The notes under the pieces: generated by a model | The model's database searches: none | Told to the model about the DNA's origin: nothing | The model's input: only the letters and a program-made list of their open reading frames with translations | NCBI GenBank assembly: GCA_965365595.1 | Contig: CBDUCG010000003.1 | Span: 1-35,500 of the forward strand | Length of the DNA stretch: 35,500 nt | DNA from: an uncultured bacterium | GTDB taxonomy: Bacteria; Desulfobacterota_D; UBA1144; Nemesobacterales; UBA2774 | Direction: 5' to 3' | Shown here: one piece after another, positions 1-9,987 of the stretch | Numbering within the stretch: position 1 is the stretch's first letter | How the letters are laid out: each line of letters begins with the position of its first letter | Position numbers and translations under genes: made by a program

Positions 1-2144
1 TCGTTTTCTTCATTAGGATCAAACCTCGATACATCATTTAAGAGCTCCATGACCGCCGCAATTGCCGTATTAAAAGAGAACCTGTCCAGATCATCAGTAA
101 CTTTTTTTATGGTTTTATGTGTTTTTGTTAAGAGCTCTTTGGCAGGCTTTGATATTTTCCCTGGCTCAGTAGTGACACCCTTAAAATCCTTAATTTTCTC
201 ATACACATCGAAGACAAGACGCCATACACGGTTAAGAAAACGAAAGGAACCTTCAATGCCTTCGTCGCTCCAGTCCAAGTCTCTATTGACCGGTGCGGCA
301 AACATGATAAATAGCCTGACTGTGTCGGCGCCGTATTTTGCGATCATGTCGTCAGGATCAACGATGTTGCCAATGGACTTTGACATTTTAGCCCCGTCCT
401 TAATAACCATGCCCTGAGTGAGCAGGTTCCTAAATGGCTCATCCAGATCACACATACCGAGGTCTCTCAGAGCTTTGGTAAAAAATCTGGCGTATAGCAG
501 ATGTAGGATAGCGTGCTCAATTCCGCCAATATATTGGTCAACCGCTAGCCAATATGAAACTTCTTCTTTATCAAATATTCCTTCAGTATATTTTGGCGAT
601 GCATAGCGCAGGAAATACCAGGAGGACTCTACGAAAGTGTCCATAGTATCGGTTTCGCGTTTGGCATCTCCGCCGCATTCAGGACATTTTGTATTTACGA
701 AACTTTCTATTTTTGATAGAGGCGAGCCTCCTTTGCCTGTGAATTCAATATCAAGCGGTAGCTCTACAGGGAGGTCTTTGTCAGGCACAGGTACTGCTCC
801 ACATTTGTCGCAATATATTATAGGAATTGGAGTTCCCCAGTATCTCTGTCTCGAAATTCCCCAATCGCGTAGCCTGTAATTAATCTGCTTTTCGCCGAGA
901 CCCTTCTCTTCAATAAAATCAATTATTTTTTCTTTTCCCTCTTCAGATGGAAGTCCTGAGAAATCCTGAGAATTTGCCATAACTCCTGGCTCTACATAAG
1001 CCTCAGTTATTTTACGAGGATCAAGCTCAACTCCTACAGGCTGAATTACAATCCTTATAGGCAAGTTGTATTGTTTTGCAAATTCAAAATCTCTCTGGTC
1101 GTGAGCCGGAACACACATGATTATTCCAGTGCCGTATTCTACTAATACAAAGTTGGCCACATATATAGGAATACTCTGATGCGTGAATGGATTAACCGCA
1201 TAAGCGCCGGTAAATACCCCTTCTTTTTTCGTGCCTTCGGCGACTCTTTCAAGACTGCTCTGTTTTTTGACCCTGTTTACGAATTCTCTTACTTCCCCTT
1301 CTTCAGGTTTTCCTTTTATTAGTTCCTCTACAATAAGATGTTCGGGAGCTATGCTCATGTATGTGACTCCAAACACTGTATCCGGGCGGGTAGTGAAAAC
1401 TTTAAGACTATCTCCGCCGCTTACAGGTTCCTGGAGCTTAAACTCAATCTCGGCCCCTGTGCTCCTGCCTATCCAGTTTTTCTGCATAGAAAGCACTCTC
1501 TCGGGCCAGCCGTCTTTTAATTTGTCAGTCCACTCTAAAAGCTCATCGGTATACTTTGTAGTTTTGAAAAACCAGCCTACCATTTCTTTTAATTCAACTT
1601 CCGAGCCGCAGCGCCAGCAAAGCCCGTCTTCAACCTGTTCATTCGCTAATACGGTTTCGCATGACGGGCACCAGTTAACCGTTGTTGATTTCTGATAGGC
1701 AAGCCCTTTTTTGTACATGTGGGTAAAAACCATTTGCTCCCACTTGTAATATTCAGGATCGCATGTTGCTATTTCCCTTGACCAGTCATAGCTGAAGCTG
1801 AGCTTCTTGAGTTGGGATTTCATTTGTTCTATGTTTTCGTATGTCCACTTTGCCGGATGGACCCCGCGCTCAATCGCCGCATTTTCAGCCGGCAGGCCAA
1901 ATGCATCCCATCCTATCGGATGGAGCACGTTGTATCCCCTCGTTCTTTTGTAACGGGCGGTCACGTCTCCGATTGTATAGTTTCTGACGTGGCCCATATG
2001 AATACGACCTGACGGGTAGGGAAACATCTCCAGGACATAATATTTTTTCTTATCTTTATCAACTTCTACCTGATATAAATTTTTCTCATCCCAGTTTTCC
2101 CGCCACTTCGATTCGATCTCTTTTGGTTTATAACTCTCTTTCAT
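1..2144 (-). CDS. leuS: Leucine--tRNA ligase (5' part; runs off the left edge of the window)
   Basis: Manual minus-strand translation from ATG 2144 gives [56 protein letters not shown] (HIGH-type HMGH motif), and [12 protein letters not shown] near 390. Absent from the ORF track because it has no stop in the window. Confidence 0.97.
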   Translation of the reverse strand, partial: MKESYKPKEIESKWRENWDEKNLYQVEVDKDKKKYYVLEMFPYPSGRIHMGHVRNYTIGDVTARYKRTRGYNVLHPIGWDAFGLPAENAAIERGVHPAKWTYENIEQMKSQLKKLSFSYDWSREIATCDPEYYKWEQMVFTHMYKKGLAYQKSTTVNWCPSCETVLANEQVEDGLCWRCGSEVELKEMVGWFFKTTKYTDELLEWTDKLKDGWPERVLSMQKNWIGRSTGAEIEFKLQEPVSGGDSLKVFTTRPDTVFGVTYMSIAPEHLIVEELIKGKPEEGEVREFVNRVKKQSSLERVAEGTKKEGVFTGAYAVNPFTHQSIPIYVANFVLVEYGTGIIMCVPAHDQRDFEFAKQYNLPIRIVIQPVGVELDPRKITEAYVEPGVMANSQDFSGLPSEEGKEKIIDFIEEKGLGEKQINYRLRDWGISRQRYWGTPIPIIYCDKCGAVPVPDKDLPVELPLDIEFTGKGGSPLSKIESFVNTKCPECGGDAKRETDTMDTFVESSWYFLRYASPKYTEGIFDKEEVSYWLAVDQYIGGIEHAILHLLYARFFTKALRDLGMCDLDEPFRNLLTQGMVIKDGAKMSKSIGNIVDPDDMIAKYGADTVRLFIMFAAPVNRDLDWSDEGIEGSFRFLNRVWRLVFDVYEKIKDFKGVTTEPGKISKPAKELLTKTHKTIKKVTDDLDRFSFNTAIAAVMELLNDVSRFDPNEEN

Positions 2145-2284
2145 TTTTAGTCTTATCTGCTCCAAAAAGTTTTATTTAGGATAGAACTATTTAACAGAAA
2201 CACAAGAAGAGTTCAAAATGTTACGCAATAAAATAAATCTATTTTTACAATTTATCTATGTTGTATTATATTAGGGTCATCCAT

Positions 2285-3082
2285 ATGAGCAGAGATACCG
2301 ATTTAAAAGAAATAGTGGAGGAGCTTAAAAATTATCTTGAGTTTCAGAAGTCTATGGGTTTAAAAACCATACCTGCTTGGAAAACTGAAATGCAGGAAAG
2401 CATTCCAGAAACACCTCTGAAAAAAAAGCAAAGGACTGAACTCATGACAAAATCCAATGCCTCAGTAGATGAGGACATAATTACAATAGATGAGCCAGCA
2501 AGTCTTTTTGACGGCAAAGTGATGACGCTTGAAGAAATAGAGGAAGAGATAGGGGATTGCACCAGGTGTCAGCTGCATGAGGGAAGAACCAATCTTGTTT
2601 TTGGCGACGGAAACCCCAAAGCAAGGCTCATGTTTATCGGAGAAGGCCCCGGGCGTGATGAGGATATGCAGGGGAAACCATTTGTAGGGCGATCGGGCAA
2701 GCTCTTGACTAAGATTATCGAGGCAATGGGGCTCAAGAGAGAAGATGTATATATAGGTAATGTAGTTAAATGCCGTCCTCCTAACAACAGAGCTCCGGAA
2801 CAGAGTGAGATGGACACATGCGAGCAGTTCCTCTTTAAGCAGATAAGATTTATCAAGCCCGAGGTTATAGTCTGCCTAGGAGCTACAGCTGCGAAGTCGA
2901 TTCTAAAAACCAAGGCGAGCCTAGGTAGTTTGAGGGGGAAATTTCATATGTATAGCGGTTCAAAACTCATGGTAACATATCACCCCGCAGCACTTCTCAG
3001 AAATCCTAACTTTAAGAAACCGGCCTGGGAAGACATGCAGGTAGTCATGAAAGAGCTTGGACTTCCTTTACCAAAAAGATAG
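2285..3082 (+). CDS. Uracil-DNA glycosylase, family 4 (Fe-S type)
   Basis: CTRCQL, GEGPG, GKPFVG, NVVKCRPP and TYHPAALLRNP motifs. ATG 2285 preferred over the track start at 2258. Confidence 0.93.
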   Translation: MSRDTDLKEIVEELKNYLEFQKSMGLKTIPAWKTEMQESIPETPLKKKQRTELMTKSNASVDEDIITIDEPASLFDGKVMTLEEIEEEIGDCTRCQLHEGRTNLVFGDGNPKARLMFIGEGPGRDEDMQGKPFVGRSGKLLTKIIEAMGLKREDVYIGNVVKCRPPNNRAPEQSEMDTCEQFLFKQIRFIKPEVIVCLGATAAKSILKTKASLGSLRGKFHMYSGSKLMVTYHPAALLRNPNFKKPAWEDMQVVMKELGLPLPKR

Positions 3083-3088
3083 ATACCA

Positions 3089-3165
3089 GGGCGATTAGCT
3101 CAGTGGATTAGAGCGCAGGCCTCCGAAGCCTGAGGTCGGGGGTTCGAATCCCCCATCGCCCGCCA
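3089..3165 (+). tRNA. tRNA-Arg (anticodon CCG)
   Basis: GGGCGAT/ATCGCCC acceptor stem, TAGCTCAGTGGATTAGAGC D arm, CAGGC-CTCCGAA-GCCTG anticodon arm, GGTTCGAATCC T loop, encoded CCA. Confidence 0.97.
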
Positions 3166-3277
3166 TTATTGTCAATGATTTAGGATAGTTAGCGTTATTT
3201 TACATCAAGGCAAACATTGATGAAATATTTCTAGGTGTCTACTAAAAAATAAAGAGTTATTATTTCACTTTTTACTA

Positions 3278-4498
3278 TCAGAAGTAATAGCTTAGGCTCA
3301 AATCTACAAAGCTATCATTTGAGAAACCGCTAAAAATTGTATCTTGCTCAGGATTCATAAATAATCTGCACACAAGCTCTAGAACAACGCTGTCCCCGAT
3401 TCGCCTTGATGCCTCAACAATGCCTAACATCTCAGCATTTTTAGTATCAGTCGTTAAACCGATTAAAACTTGAGTGTCATTGGTATCGTTGAGCGCTAAC
3501 CGTAATCCCCCGAATATATCATTATCAAAAAAAGTAGGAGGCGCGAATTCTATGTTTCCATCTCGTCCATCATATAAATATTCTGAGACGAATCCCAGAT
3601 CTGCGTCAGTATTAAATAATTGAAAGGTGGTGTATTCAAATCCGAATACAGTTGCAAAAAAATATGGCCCCTGTCCTCCCCTCCCAATTGCTTCTAGTTT
3701 AAGAAGCCAGGCATCCCTTGTCCATTGAATATCAAGTCCAACTTGATTTATTATTGTGTAAAAGGGTCTGAAGAACATGTTCCCATTTTGCTTTTCTTCA
3801 ACAAGAAATATAGGCTCTCTGCTTGTTCCCCAAAAAAAAGAGAGCCCAATATCAAACTCTTTAATAGTGTTAAACCACCTAAATGCAAAATCAGGATGAA
3901 ATTCTTTAAGATCTGATTCATATTTAGGATCGTCACTGATTGGCAGAGGTCCCCTTAAGCGTGCATCCGCTGACGGGAAGGTCCTCTCTCTAAAGAAAGG
4001 CATATAGTAAAGTTCAAAGGCACCGATATTACTATCATATATTATATTTATCATTGGTTGGCCTAGCTTATCTTCATTATCTAGATCCTCAACAAAATCG
4101 ATTTGGTTAATAATATCAACAAGATGTCTAGATTCCGTAACTCCCCAAAAAACAATGTCATTTCCGACAAGCAGCGACCAATTCGTTGCAGTGTGCAACC
4201 AATTTCCTTCTCTAATGTCAAAGTGCGTTCGATCATCGTCCTCTAGATCATATCTAAAAAAAGGTATGAGGGTTAATCTGTCATTTCCACCACTGAATTC
4301 ATAACTAACCTCCGGCTCTAGTTTGATTGAAGGATCAAAATGGTAATTGTCTTGGTCCGAAAATTTGACATCTTCAGGGAAAATTCTCAAACCAATCGAT
4401 ACATTACCACCGTAATCCCACTCACCAGCCATTACATCCTGAAAAAAGAAACATGTAATAAAACTGATGAGATAAAGACTTATACGCACCAGTATCAC
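3278..4498 (-). CDS. Putative outer-membrane beta-barrel protein (partner of MMPL and LolA-like genes)
   Basis: Signal-peptide-like N-terminus, WGVTESRHLVDIINQ motif, C-terminal aromatic residue (LSYYF). Likely GTG start at 4498 overlaps the upstream TGA (GTGA); track start is 4561. Confidence 0.8.
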   Translation of the reverse strand: MILVRISLYLISFITCFFFQDVMAGEWDYGGNVSIGLRIFPEDVKFSDQDNYHFDPSIKLEPEVSYEFSGGNDRLTLIPFFRYDLEDDDRTHFDIREGNWLHTATNWSLLVGNDIVFWGVTESRHLVDIINQIDFVEDLDNEDKLGQPMINIIYDSNIGAFELYYMPFFRERTFPSADARLRGPLPISDDPKYESDLKEFHPDFAFRWFNTIKEFDIGLSFFWGTSREPIFLVEEKQNGNMFFRPFYTIINQVGLDIQWTRDAWLLKLEAIGRGGQGPYFFATVFGFEYTTFQLFNTDADLGFVSEYLYDGRDGNIEFAPPTFFDNDIFGGLRLALNDTNDTQVLIGLTTDTKNAEMLGIVEASRRIGDSVVLELVCRLFMNPEQDTIFSGFSNDSFVDLSLSYYF

Positions 4499-5289
4499 CT
4501 TTCTCTTTTCAACTTGTTTGGAGTATAAAAGTTTTCTTTTTGTCCTAGATTGAATTCCCATTTTTCAAACACAAGATCAGTGCTCTTTCCTGTTTGATGG
4601 TTCTGCATACTCAACAAACGGGCTCTCCAGTAGTTATCCAGATACTGGCTGTAATCCGAGTATACTAGTGTTTTGAGAAGAGAATTTTTTCTGTCGTAGA
4701 ACTCAATTTGCTGAATTCTAAATTCTTCTTTATCCCACCATATGATCTGTTTTGTATAGCCAGAATTATCATATAACGGGACTCTCTCGACTTTATAACA
4801 CTCCAGATTATCACAGAGCTCCTCACCCAAGAACTTATAGCTGTATTTGTCCACTTCCTGAGACAAAAGGTCTTCATAGGCAAACTCGCTCCCGACAAAA
4901 GGACCTGACTTATTTGAAGAAGATATTCTTTTCACTCTCTTTAATGCCGGAAGATAAAGCCATTGATCGTCCGGTTTGAGAATTTTTGTGTGTGAAAGTA
5001 GAGCTGTATCCTTTATGTCTTTAGGAGAATCAAACACTACGATACTCTTATCTCCCATACCCGGCTCATTTACCTCAAATGCAAATCTCCTGAATTCTCT
5101 AATGCTCTCCTCTCCTTGACTGTTTCTTAGTACCATTTTGGACGCTGATTGATTGTCATGCCAACCCATATCCCTTTTATCAGCCTCCACAGCAATTTCC
5201 ATTCCCTGTTCTTCAGGAGTTTTTGCGCTCGCAGCAACACATAATCCCAAAATTATTAACAAAACAAGATTTAATCGATATATATACAT
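4495..5289 (-). CDS. Outer membrane lipoprotein-sorting (LolA-like) protein
   Basis: Signal peptide; DDQWLYLPALKRVKRISS and FVGSEFAYEDL are typical of the LolA-like family. Start overlaps the MMPL stop (TGATG). Confidence 0.88.
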   Translation of the reverse strand: MYIYRLNLVLLIILGLCVAASAKTPEEQGMEIAVEADKRDMGWHDNQSASKMVLRNSQGEESIREFRRFAFEVNEPGMGDKSIVVFDSPKDIKDTALLSHTKILKPDDQWLYLPALKRVKRISSSNKSGPFVGSEFAYEDLLSQEVDKYSYKFLGEELCDNLECYKVERVPLYDNSGYTKQIIWWDKEEFRIQQIEFYDRKNSLLKTLVYSDYSQYLDNYWRARLLSMQNHQTGKSTDLVFEKWEFNLGQKENFYTPNKLKRER

Positions 5290-7640
5290 CAGACACCTCC
5301 GAAAATTTTATCTTTTATTTGAACGCTTTCCGCAGCGCTTTCAACTTTTTCTCTATCCAAAGCCAGCAGAATTGCCGGTAGTAGTAAGAAATCCATAATA
5401 AGTGCACATATTATTGCGAGTGATGTTAAGAGCCCCATGTACGACGTAACACGGAATGTGCTGAATCCTAACATTGCAAAACCTGCAGAGATTATTATAG
5501 ATGAGCCAAGCAAAGCTGCACCTACCGTTTTGAACGCATATTCGATCGCCTGTTTCTTGTATAGACCCAACTCTTTTCTAGCTAAATGGTACTTTGAAAG
5601 GAAGTGAACAGTGTCATCTACAATTATCCCAATTGAAAGGCTAGCTATAACTGACACCGCAAAACCGACCTGACCTTTAAGAATTGCCCAAATTCCAAAT
5701 GCCATCATGACAGGTAGAATGTTTGGAATCAAGCTAATTAAACCCATCCTGACACTTTTAAGTGCGATCATCATGATAATAGATATCATAGAAAAGCCTG
5801 CTAGGGTCCCCAGAATCATGCTGTTTAAATTCCTTCTTGTTATATTCGCAAACATTAGCGGCGGACCTGATGCTTTGGCATCTTTCATGGACAGAGTCCC
5901 ATTCTCTTTCAGCCAAATTGATGCCTCTTCTGAGTTCTTTTCCATTTGATTTAGGTCAACGTCTCCAAATGTGACATTGATCCGCAATGAGCTCTTGTCA
6001 ATATTTATTTGGTCATTAATATCAAGTCCGTAGGGTAGTGACATCTCATATAAGAGAAGGTACTGTGCTCCGAGTTCACGATTCTCAGGGATTCTATAAA
6101 AAGACGGATCGTCGGCGTTCATATTCATGTTAAGACGTTTCATTGTGTCACTGAAAGAAACAACATGCGATACCTCAGGTCTCCGCCTCAGCCAATCAGT
6201 AAACTCCTCTACTTTTGCCATATATACTGGATCGCTGACTCCGCTTGTTTCGCCTGAATCAAGTGAAAAGCTGGAAACATAAACTCCATTTATATTTTTA
6301 AGCGAGAACTCCATGGCGGGTCTTATATCCAACGATTTGGCGAAGTATTCATGATATTTATCATTAATCTTAATTGTTGGAATAGAAATCATTAGGAGAA
6401 GTACAACGGAGCCTAGTACAATAATAATTTTATTGTTATGAGTTGTTACAAATCCGCTCAGTTTGTCCGTTAACACATCCATCAAGCCAAAATACTTAGG
6501 GGCTTTTATTGGCAAAATTGCCAGTAAAGACGGAAGAAAAGTAATCGAATACAACCAGGCAACCATAACTCCAAACGCAGTTATATTTCCAAGCAGACGA
6601 AACGGCGGCGAGTCACTGAAATTGAGGCTCAGAAATCCTATAGCCGTAGTAATACTTGTAAGAAATACAGGTTTAGCGTTTACTCTGAAACTCTCCTGTA
6701 TTGCTTCATATCTGTTTTTACCTTCACGTAATGACCCGAAAAAAGTAACGATTATATGAATTGAATCCGCTACCGCAAGAGTGAGGATAATAATTGGTGC
6801 CGATGCGCTCACAGGGTCAAGGAACGTCCCTAGATACCCCGCCACGCCTAACGCAGTTAAGGTGCTTAGAATTATTAGTAACAATGTTGCACCTGCTGCC
6901 AAACCCGATCGCAGGAACCCAATCAATGCAAGAACAAACACAGCAAACATCAGAGGCATAGCAAATTGCATATCTTTAATAGGAGTTTCAGCAAAAGCAT
7001 TATTAAGCATGGCTATCCCAACCAGTTTTATCTCGTGATCAGGATATAACTCGCTATATTTATCGCGAAGATTTTTTGAATATGCAGCTACAGAAGGTAA
7101 TTCGTCCAGTTTCTCGCCTGGAAGCTGAATCCTTACGTTTATGCCCGTTGAATTTGAATCATGAGAAATAATTCTCCCATATAAGAGGGGCTCATTTAAA
7201 GAAACATTTTTAGCCCTTTGTATATCTTCATTTGATATTTCTTCATTCGGAAGCAAGTCTTGAACTATGAGGTTATCTCCGTCGGCCCATGTATGCTGGT
7301 AATTGGATAATGAATCAACACGAGTTGAGTAAGGAATTTGCCAAGATTCTTCTGTTATTTCATATACAGCTTTAAGCGTCTTCTTATTGAATACATCTCC
7401 GGTTTTGGGACGTAATATAATAAGGACATTGTCATTTTGTGTATATATCTTCTCTAGGCTATCAAATGCTATTAGGTCTGGATTATCCTTGCTAAAGAAA
7501 GTCCTGTAATTACTAGCTAGAGAGAGATTTTTGGTACCTATCGCTAGTAACATTACAACTAACAAACATCCTATTAGTACAAACCATCTACATCTAATTA
7601 TCCAGTTAATATATCTTGTAAGTCTACTATTTCCCTCCAT
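5289..7640 (-). CDS. MMPL/RND-family transporter
   Basis: 783 aa with two repeated membrane halves, LAVADSIH and GIIVDDTVHF motifs. Confidence 0.9.
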   Translation of the reverse strand: MEGNSRLTRYINWIIRCRWFVLIGCLLVVMLLAIGTKNLSLASNYRTFFSKDNPDLIAFDSLEKIYTQNDNVLIILRPKTGDVFNKKTLKAVYEITEESWQIPYSTRVDSLSNYQHTWADGDNLIVQDLLPNEEISNEDIQRAKNVSLNEPLLYGRIISHDSNSTGINVRIQLPGEKLDELPSVAAYSKNLRDKYSELYPDHEIKLVGIAMLNNAFAETPIKDMQFAMPLMFAVFVLALIGFLRSGLAAGATLLLIILSTLTALGVAGYLGTFLDPVSASAPIIILTLAVADSIHIIVTFFGSLREGKNRYEAIQESFRVNAKPVFLTSITTAIGFLSLNFSDSPPFRLLGNITAFGVMVAWLYSITFLPSLLAILPIKAPKYFGLMDVLTDKLSGFVTTHNNKIIIVLGSVVLLLMISIPTIKINDKYHEYFAKSLDIRPAMEFSLKNINGVYVSSFSLDSGETSGVSDPVYMAKVEEFTDWLRRRPEVSHVVSFSDTMKRLNMNMNADDPSFYRIPENRELGAQYLLLYEMSLPYGLDINDQINIDKSSLRINVTFGDVDLNQMEKNSEEASIWLKENGTLSMKDAKASGPPLMFANITRRNLNSMILGTLAGFSMISIIMMIALKSVRMGLISLIPNILPVMMAFGIWAILKGQVGFAVSVIASLSIGIIVDDTVHFLSKYHLARKELGLYKKQAIEYAFKTVGAALLGSSIIISAGFAMLGFSTFRVTSYMGLLTSLAIICALIMDFLLLPAILLALDREKVESAAESVQIKDKIFGGV

Positions 7641-7847
7641 GGCTTATCATACTCCTCTATACAGTTTTTTTACTCCTCGAATGTTTGAATTAAATAGTTA
7701 GTAAGTATTTCTTCATCGATTCTAAAATCATTATCCGATAGAGGTTCCTCGCCAGTAGAATTGAGGCTTTTGTTTTTAATAGTAAGGATATGATGTGGCG
7801 ATCTCATTTTCTTATCCGTACAGGAAAAATGTTTCATGGTTTTGTAT

Positions 7848-7867
7848 TATATAGTAGTTGCTATATA
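7848..7867. promoter_or_regulatory. Candidate operator palindrome in the divergent MMPL/HxlR intergenic region
   Basis: TATATAG-N6-CTATATA, followed by two TATAAAAGT direct repeats. The region is AT-rich, so chance is possible. Confidence 0.3.
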
Positions 7868-7928
7868 AAAGTCAAGTTCTTATTATAAAAAGTTGAATTT
7901 TTATTTTATGTGGTTATACTTTTGAAAA

Positions 7929-8588
7929 ATGAGTAAAGTTAAACGGTCTTACAATCAGTATTGTGGAGTTGCTAAAGCTCTTGATATAATTGGCGAAAGA
8001 TGGACGCTATTAATAGTACGCGATCTTCTCATTGGTCCTAAAAGATTCAAGGACCTTCTGGATTGCCTTCCTGGAATTGGTACCAATCTTCTTTCATCAC
8101 GACTTAAGGAATTAGAGCAAAACGGAATAATAAAAAAAGATACGTTGCCCCCACCTGCTGGATCTAGTGTATATATTCTAACAGAGCGAGGCAAAGCTCT
8201 TGAGGATACACTAACTTCATTAGTGAAATGGGGTATAACCTTGCTGGATTCAAGTTCAGAAGAAGATTTTTTTAACCCTACCTGGATCATGTATGGTATG
8301 AAAATATATTTCAGACCTTCAGAAGCTCAAGGGGTTAATGAAACATACGAGTTCAGGATTGACGGAATTGTTTTCCATGTCCTAATTCAAAATGGAGCAC
8401 TTTATACAGCACATGGATCCGCTATAACCCCAGACCTCATTATAGAAACAGATACTAACAATCTGGTGACTCTGATGAGAATGGAAAAGGATCTCACTGA
8501 ATTGGTAGATTCTGGAGATTTAAAATTTCAAGGAGATAAAAAGTCATTTGCCCGTCTTTTAGATATTTGTGGTCCTTATCAAAAGTAG
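7929..8588 (+). CDS. HxlR-family winged-helix regulator with a C-terminal SCP2-like domain
   Basis: YNQYCGVAKALDIIGERWTLLIVRDLL..GPKRF and LSSRLKELE motifs. C-terminal TYEFRID...PDLIIETD...GDLKFQGD pattern resembles SCP2 sterol-carrier folds. Confidence 0.88.
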   Translation: MSKVKRSYNQYCGVAKALDIIGERWTLLIVRDLLIGPKRFKDLLDCLPGIGTNLLSSRLKELEQNGIIKKDTLPPPAGSSVYILTERGKALEDTLTSLVKWGITLLDSSSEEDFFNPTWIMYGMKIYFRPSEAQGVNETYEFRIDGIVFHVLIQNGALYTAHGSAITPDLIIETDTNNLVTLMRMEKDLTELVDSGDLKFQGDKKSFARLLDICGPYQK

Positions 8589-8715
8589 TTTCTAGGTTAC
8601 AAAAAAAGACTAATACTCTTGTCATTGCATCAGTTCAATTTTCATTACCGCAAAATGTAACTTCTACACTTTTAGTACACTAGATATTGATTGAACACTT
8701 TAGGAAATATTTAAG

Positions 8716-9028
8716 AGGTGTCCAAATAGGTGTCAATTTTGGAACAATTTGTCATGATTTGCCTTGGTTAGTTTGGATTGGATATATGAAAATATTTTAA
8801 ATGATTAAAGGTTGTTAGAATTTGTCTCTATTGGTATAGATTAGTCTTCGTCTTTAGAAAATAAGCCCTCCGAAGCCTGAGGTCGGGGGTTCGAATCCCC
8901 CATCGCCCGCCATTTTATATTGATGATTAGTATCAGAAAAGCTATCTTTGACAAATTTTCTTCTGAAAACACCTCACTTGATTTCTGCTAAGGGTAGAAC
9001 TTTTAATTTTGTCTAGGAATTTACTCAT
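8716..9028 (+). repeat. att-like repeat copy A: arm + exact tRNA-Arg 3' half + ~115 bp flank shared with copy C
   Basis: AGGTGTCCAAATAGGTGTCAA...GTCATGATTTG...GGATTGGATATAT...AAATGATTAAA...TGTTAGAATTT...GATTAGT...TCTTTAG, then a 48-bp exact tRNA match at 8867-8914. Confidence 0.93.
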
Positions 9029-9090
9029 GATGTTATGGTATTCCTATGAAATCATTTGATCTTTTTATCTTCCACTGTTAGTTTATTTAA

Positions 9091-9924
9091 TTAACCAGAT
9101 TTATATATAACAGCTGCTCCGTAACCGACAACAGAGCCATAATCTCCTGATATTTCACCTGAATTTGAATAGTCAAGAACACTGACCTTGTTAGCCCCGA
9201 GTTCACGGCAAGCATATAGCACAGTTGATATCGCCCCCCTTCCGCAGGCAAAACCTTTTTTCAGAATCTCGGCTTCTATAACACCCTCGGGATCAAATGC
9301 TTGGATGCGCCTCAGCATCTCATGATCGAAATCTCTTGCGATTCTATCAGGGTAGAAATGAGATAAGTCCGAGCTCGCAACTAATAGTGCATTACGATCA
9401 GCAATTACTTGAGCAAGTGAGTGTCCTAAAGCGCTGGCTATCTCATTAGATTGGTTAAAAATCATAATAGGTACTAAAAGAAACGACTTCAGTACATACT
9501 GCAAAAAAGGCAATTCTACCTCTATTGCATGCTCAGGATCTTTACTTACATATACTAACTTTTCCTCAAAATTTTCCCTGAGCCTGTTGTCGATCTCGTT
9601 CAAAAAAGCTTTGTCTATTTCAATTGCACCCATCACGGTTAGATAGGCGTCGTGAGAAGTGGAAAGAATATTTCCGTCAGCTAGAAAATGAGAGGGAGAC
9701 ACAACAATAACAGTATCAAAATCCATACCTTCTATGCATTTGAAAGCATGCGCTGCTACTTGGCCTGAGTAAATATGGCCTGCGTGGGGAACTATGATTC
9801 CGTATAATTTCCCACTCGGTTTTTCCACATCCGAGTTTGAGAGATATATATCCAGATTATGAATGATGAGTTCTTTAGTATTTGGATACCACTGTCCGCC
9901 AATACAAGGTCTGATGTCACTCAT
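9091..9924 (-). CDS. amrB: AmmeMemoRadiSam system protein B (MEMO1 family)
   Basis: GQWYP, PHAGHIYSG, EHAIEVELPFLQ, ASSDLSHF, ACG and VVGY motifs. Confidence 0.92.
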   Translation of the reverse strand: MSDIRPCIGGQWYPNTKELIIHNLDIYLSNSDVEKPSGKLYGIIVPHAGHIYSGQVAAHAFKCIEGMDFDTVIVVSPSHFLADGNILSTSHDAYLTVMGAIEIDKAFLNEIDNRLRENFEEKLVYVSKDPEHAIEVELPFLQYVLKSFLLVPIMIFNQSNEIASALGHSLAQVIADRNALLVASSDLSHFYPDRIARDFDHEMLRRIQAFDPEGVIEAEILKKGFACGRGAISTVLYACRELGANKVSVLDYSNSGEISGDYGSVVGYGAAVIYKSG

Positions 9925-9987
9925 TTCTAAATAATTGTATCCCCACTGATAGAATTTTTACTTTATTCGGCTATGTAGATCCATAAT

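Noticed and set aside
49-2012. Plus-strand ORFs in the track (49-417, 418-606, 637-879, 1231-1695, 1338-1520, 1812-2012)
   Set aside because: Antisense shadows of leuS, which occupies the minus strand.
7670-7837. 55-codon minus-strand ORF upstream of the MMPL gene (MKHFSCTDKK...)
   Set aside because: No clear RBS or recognisable motif; cannot be distinguished from chance.
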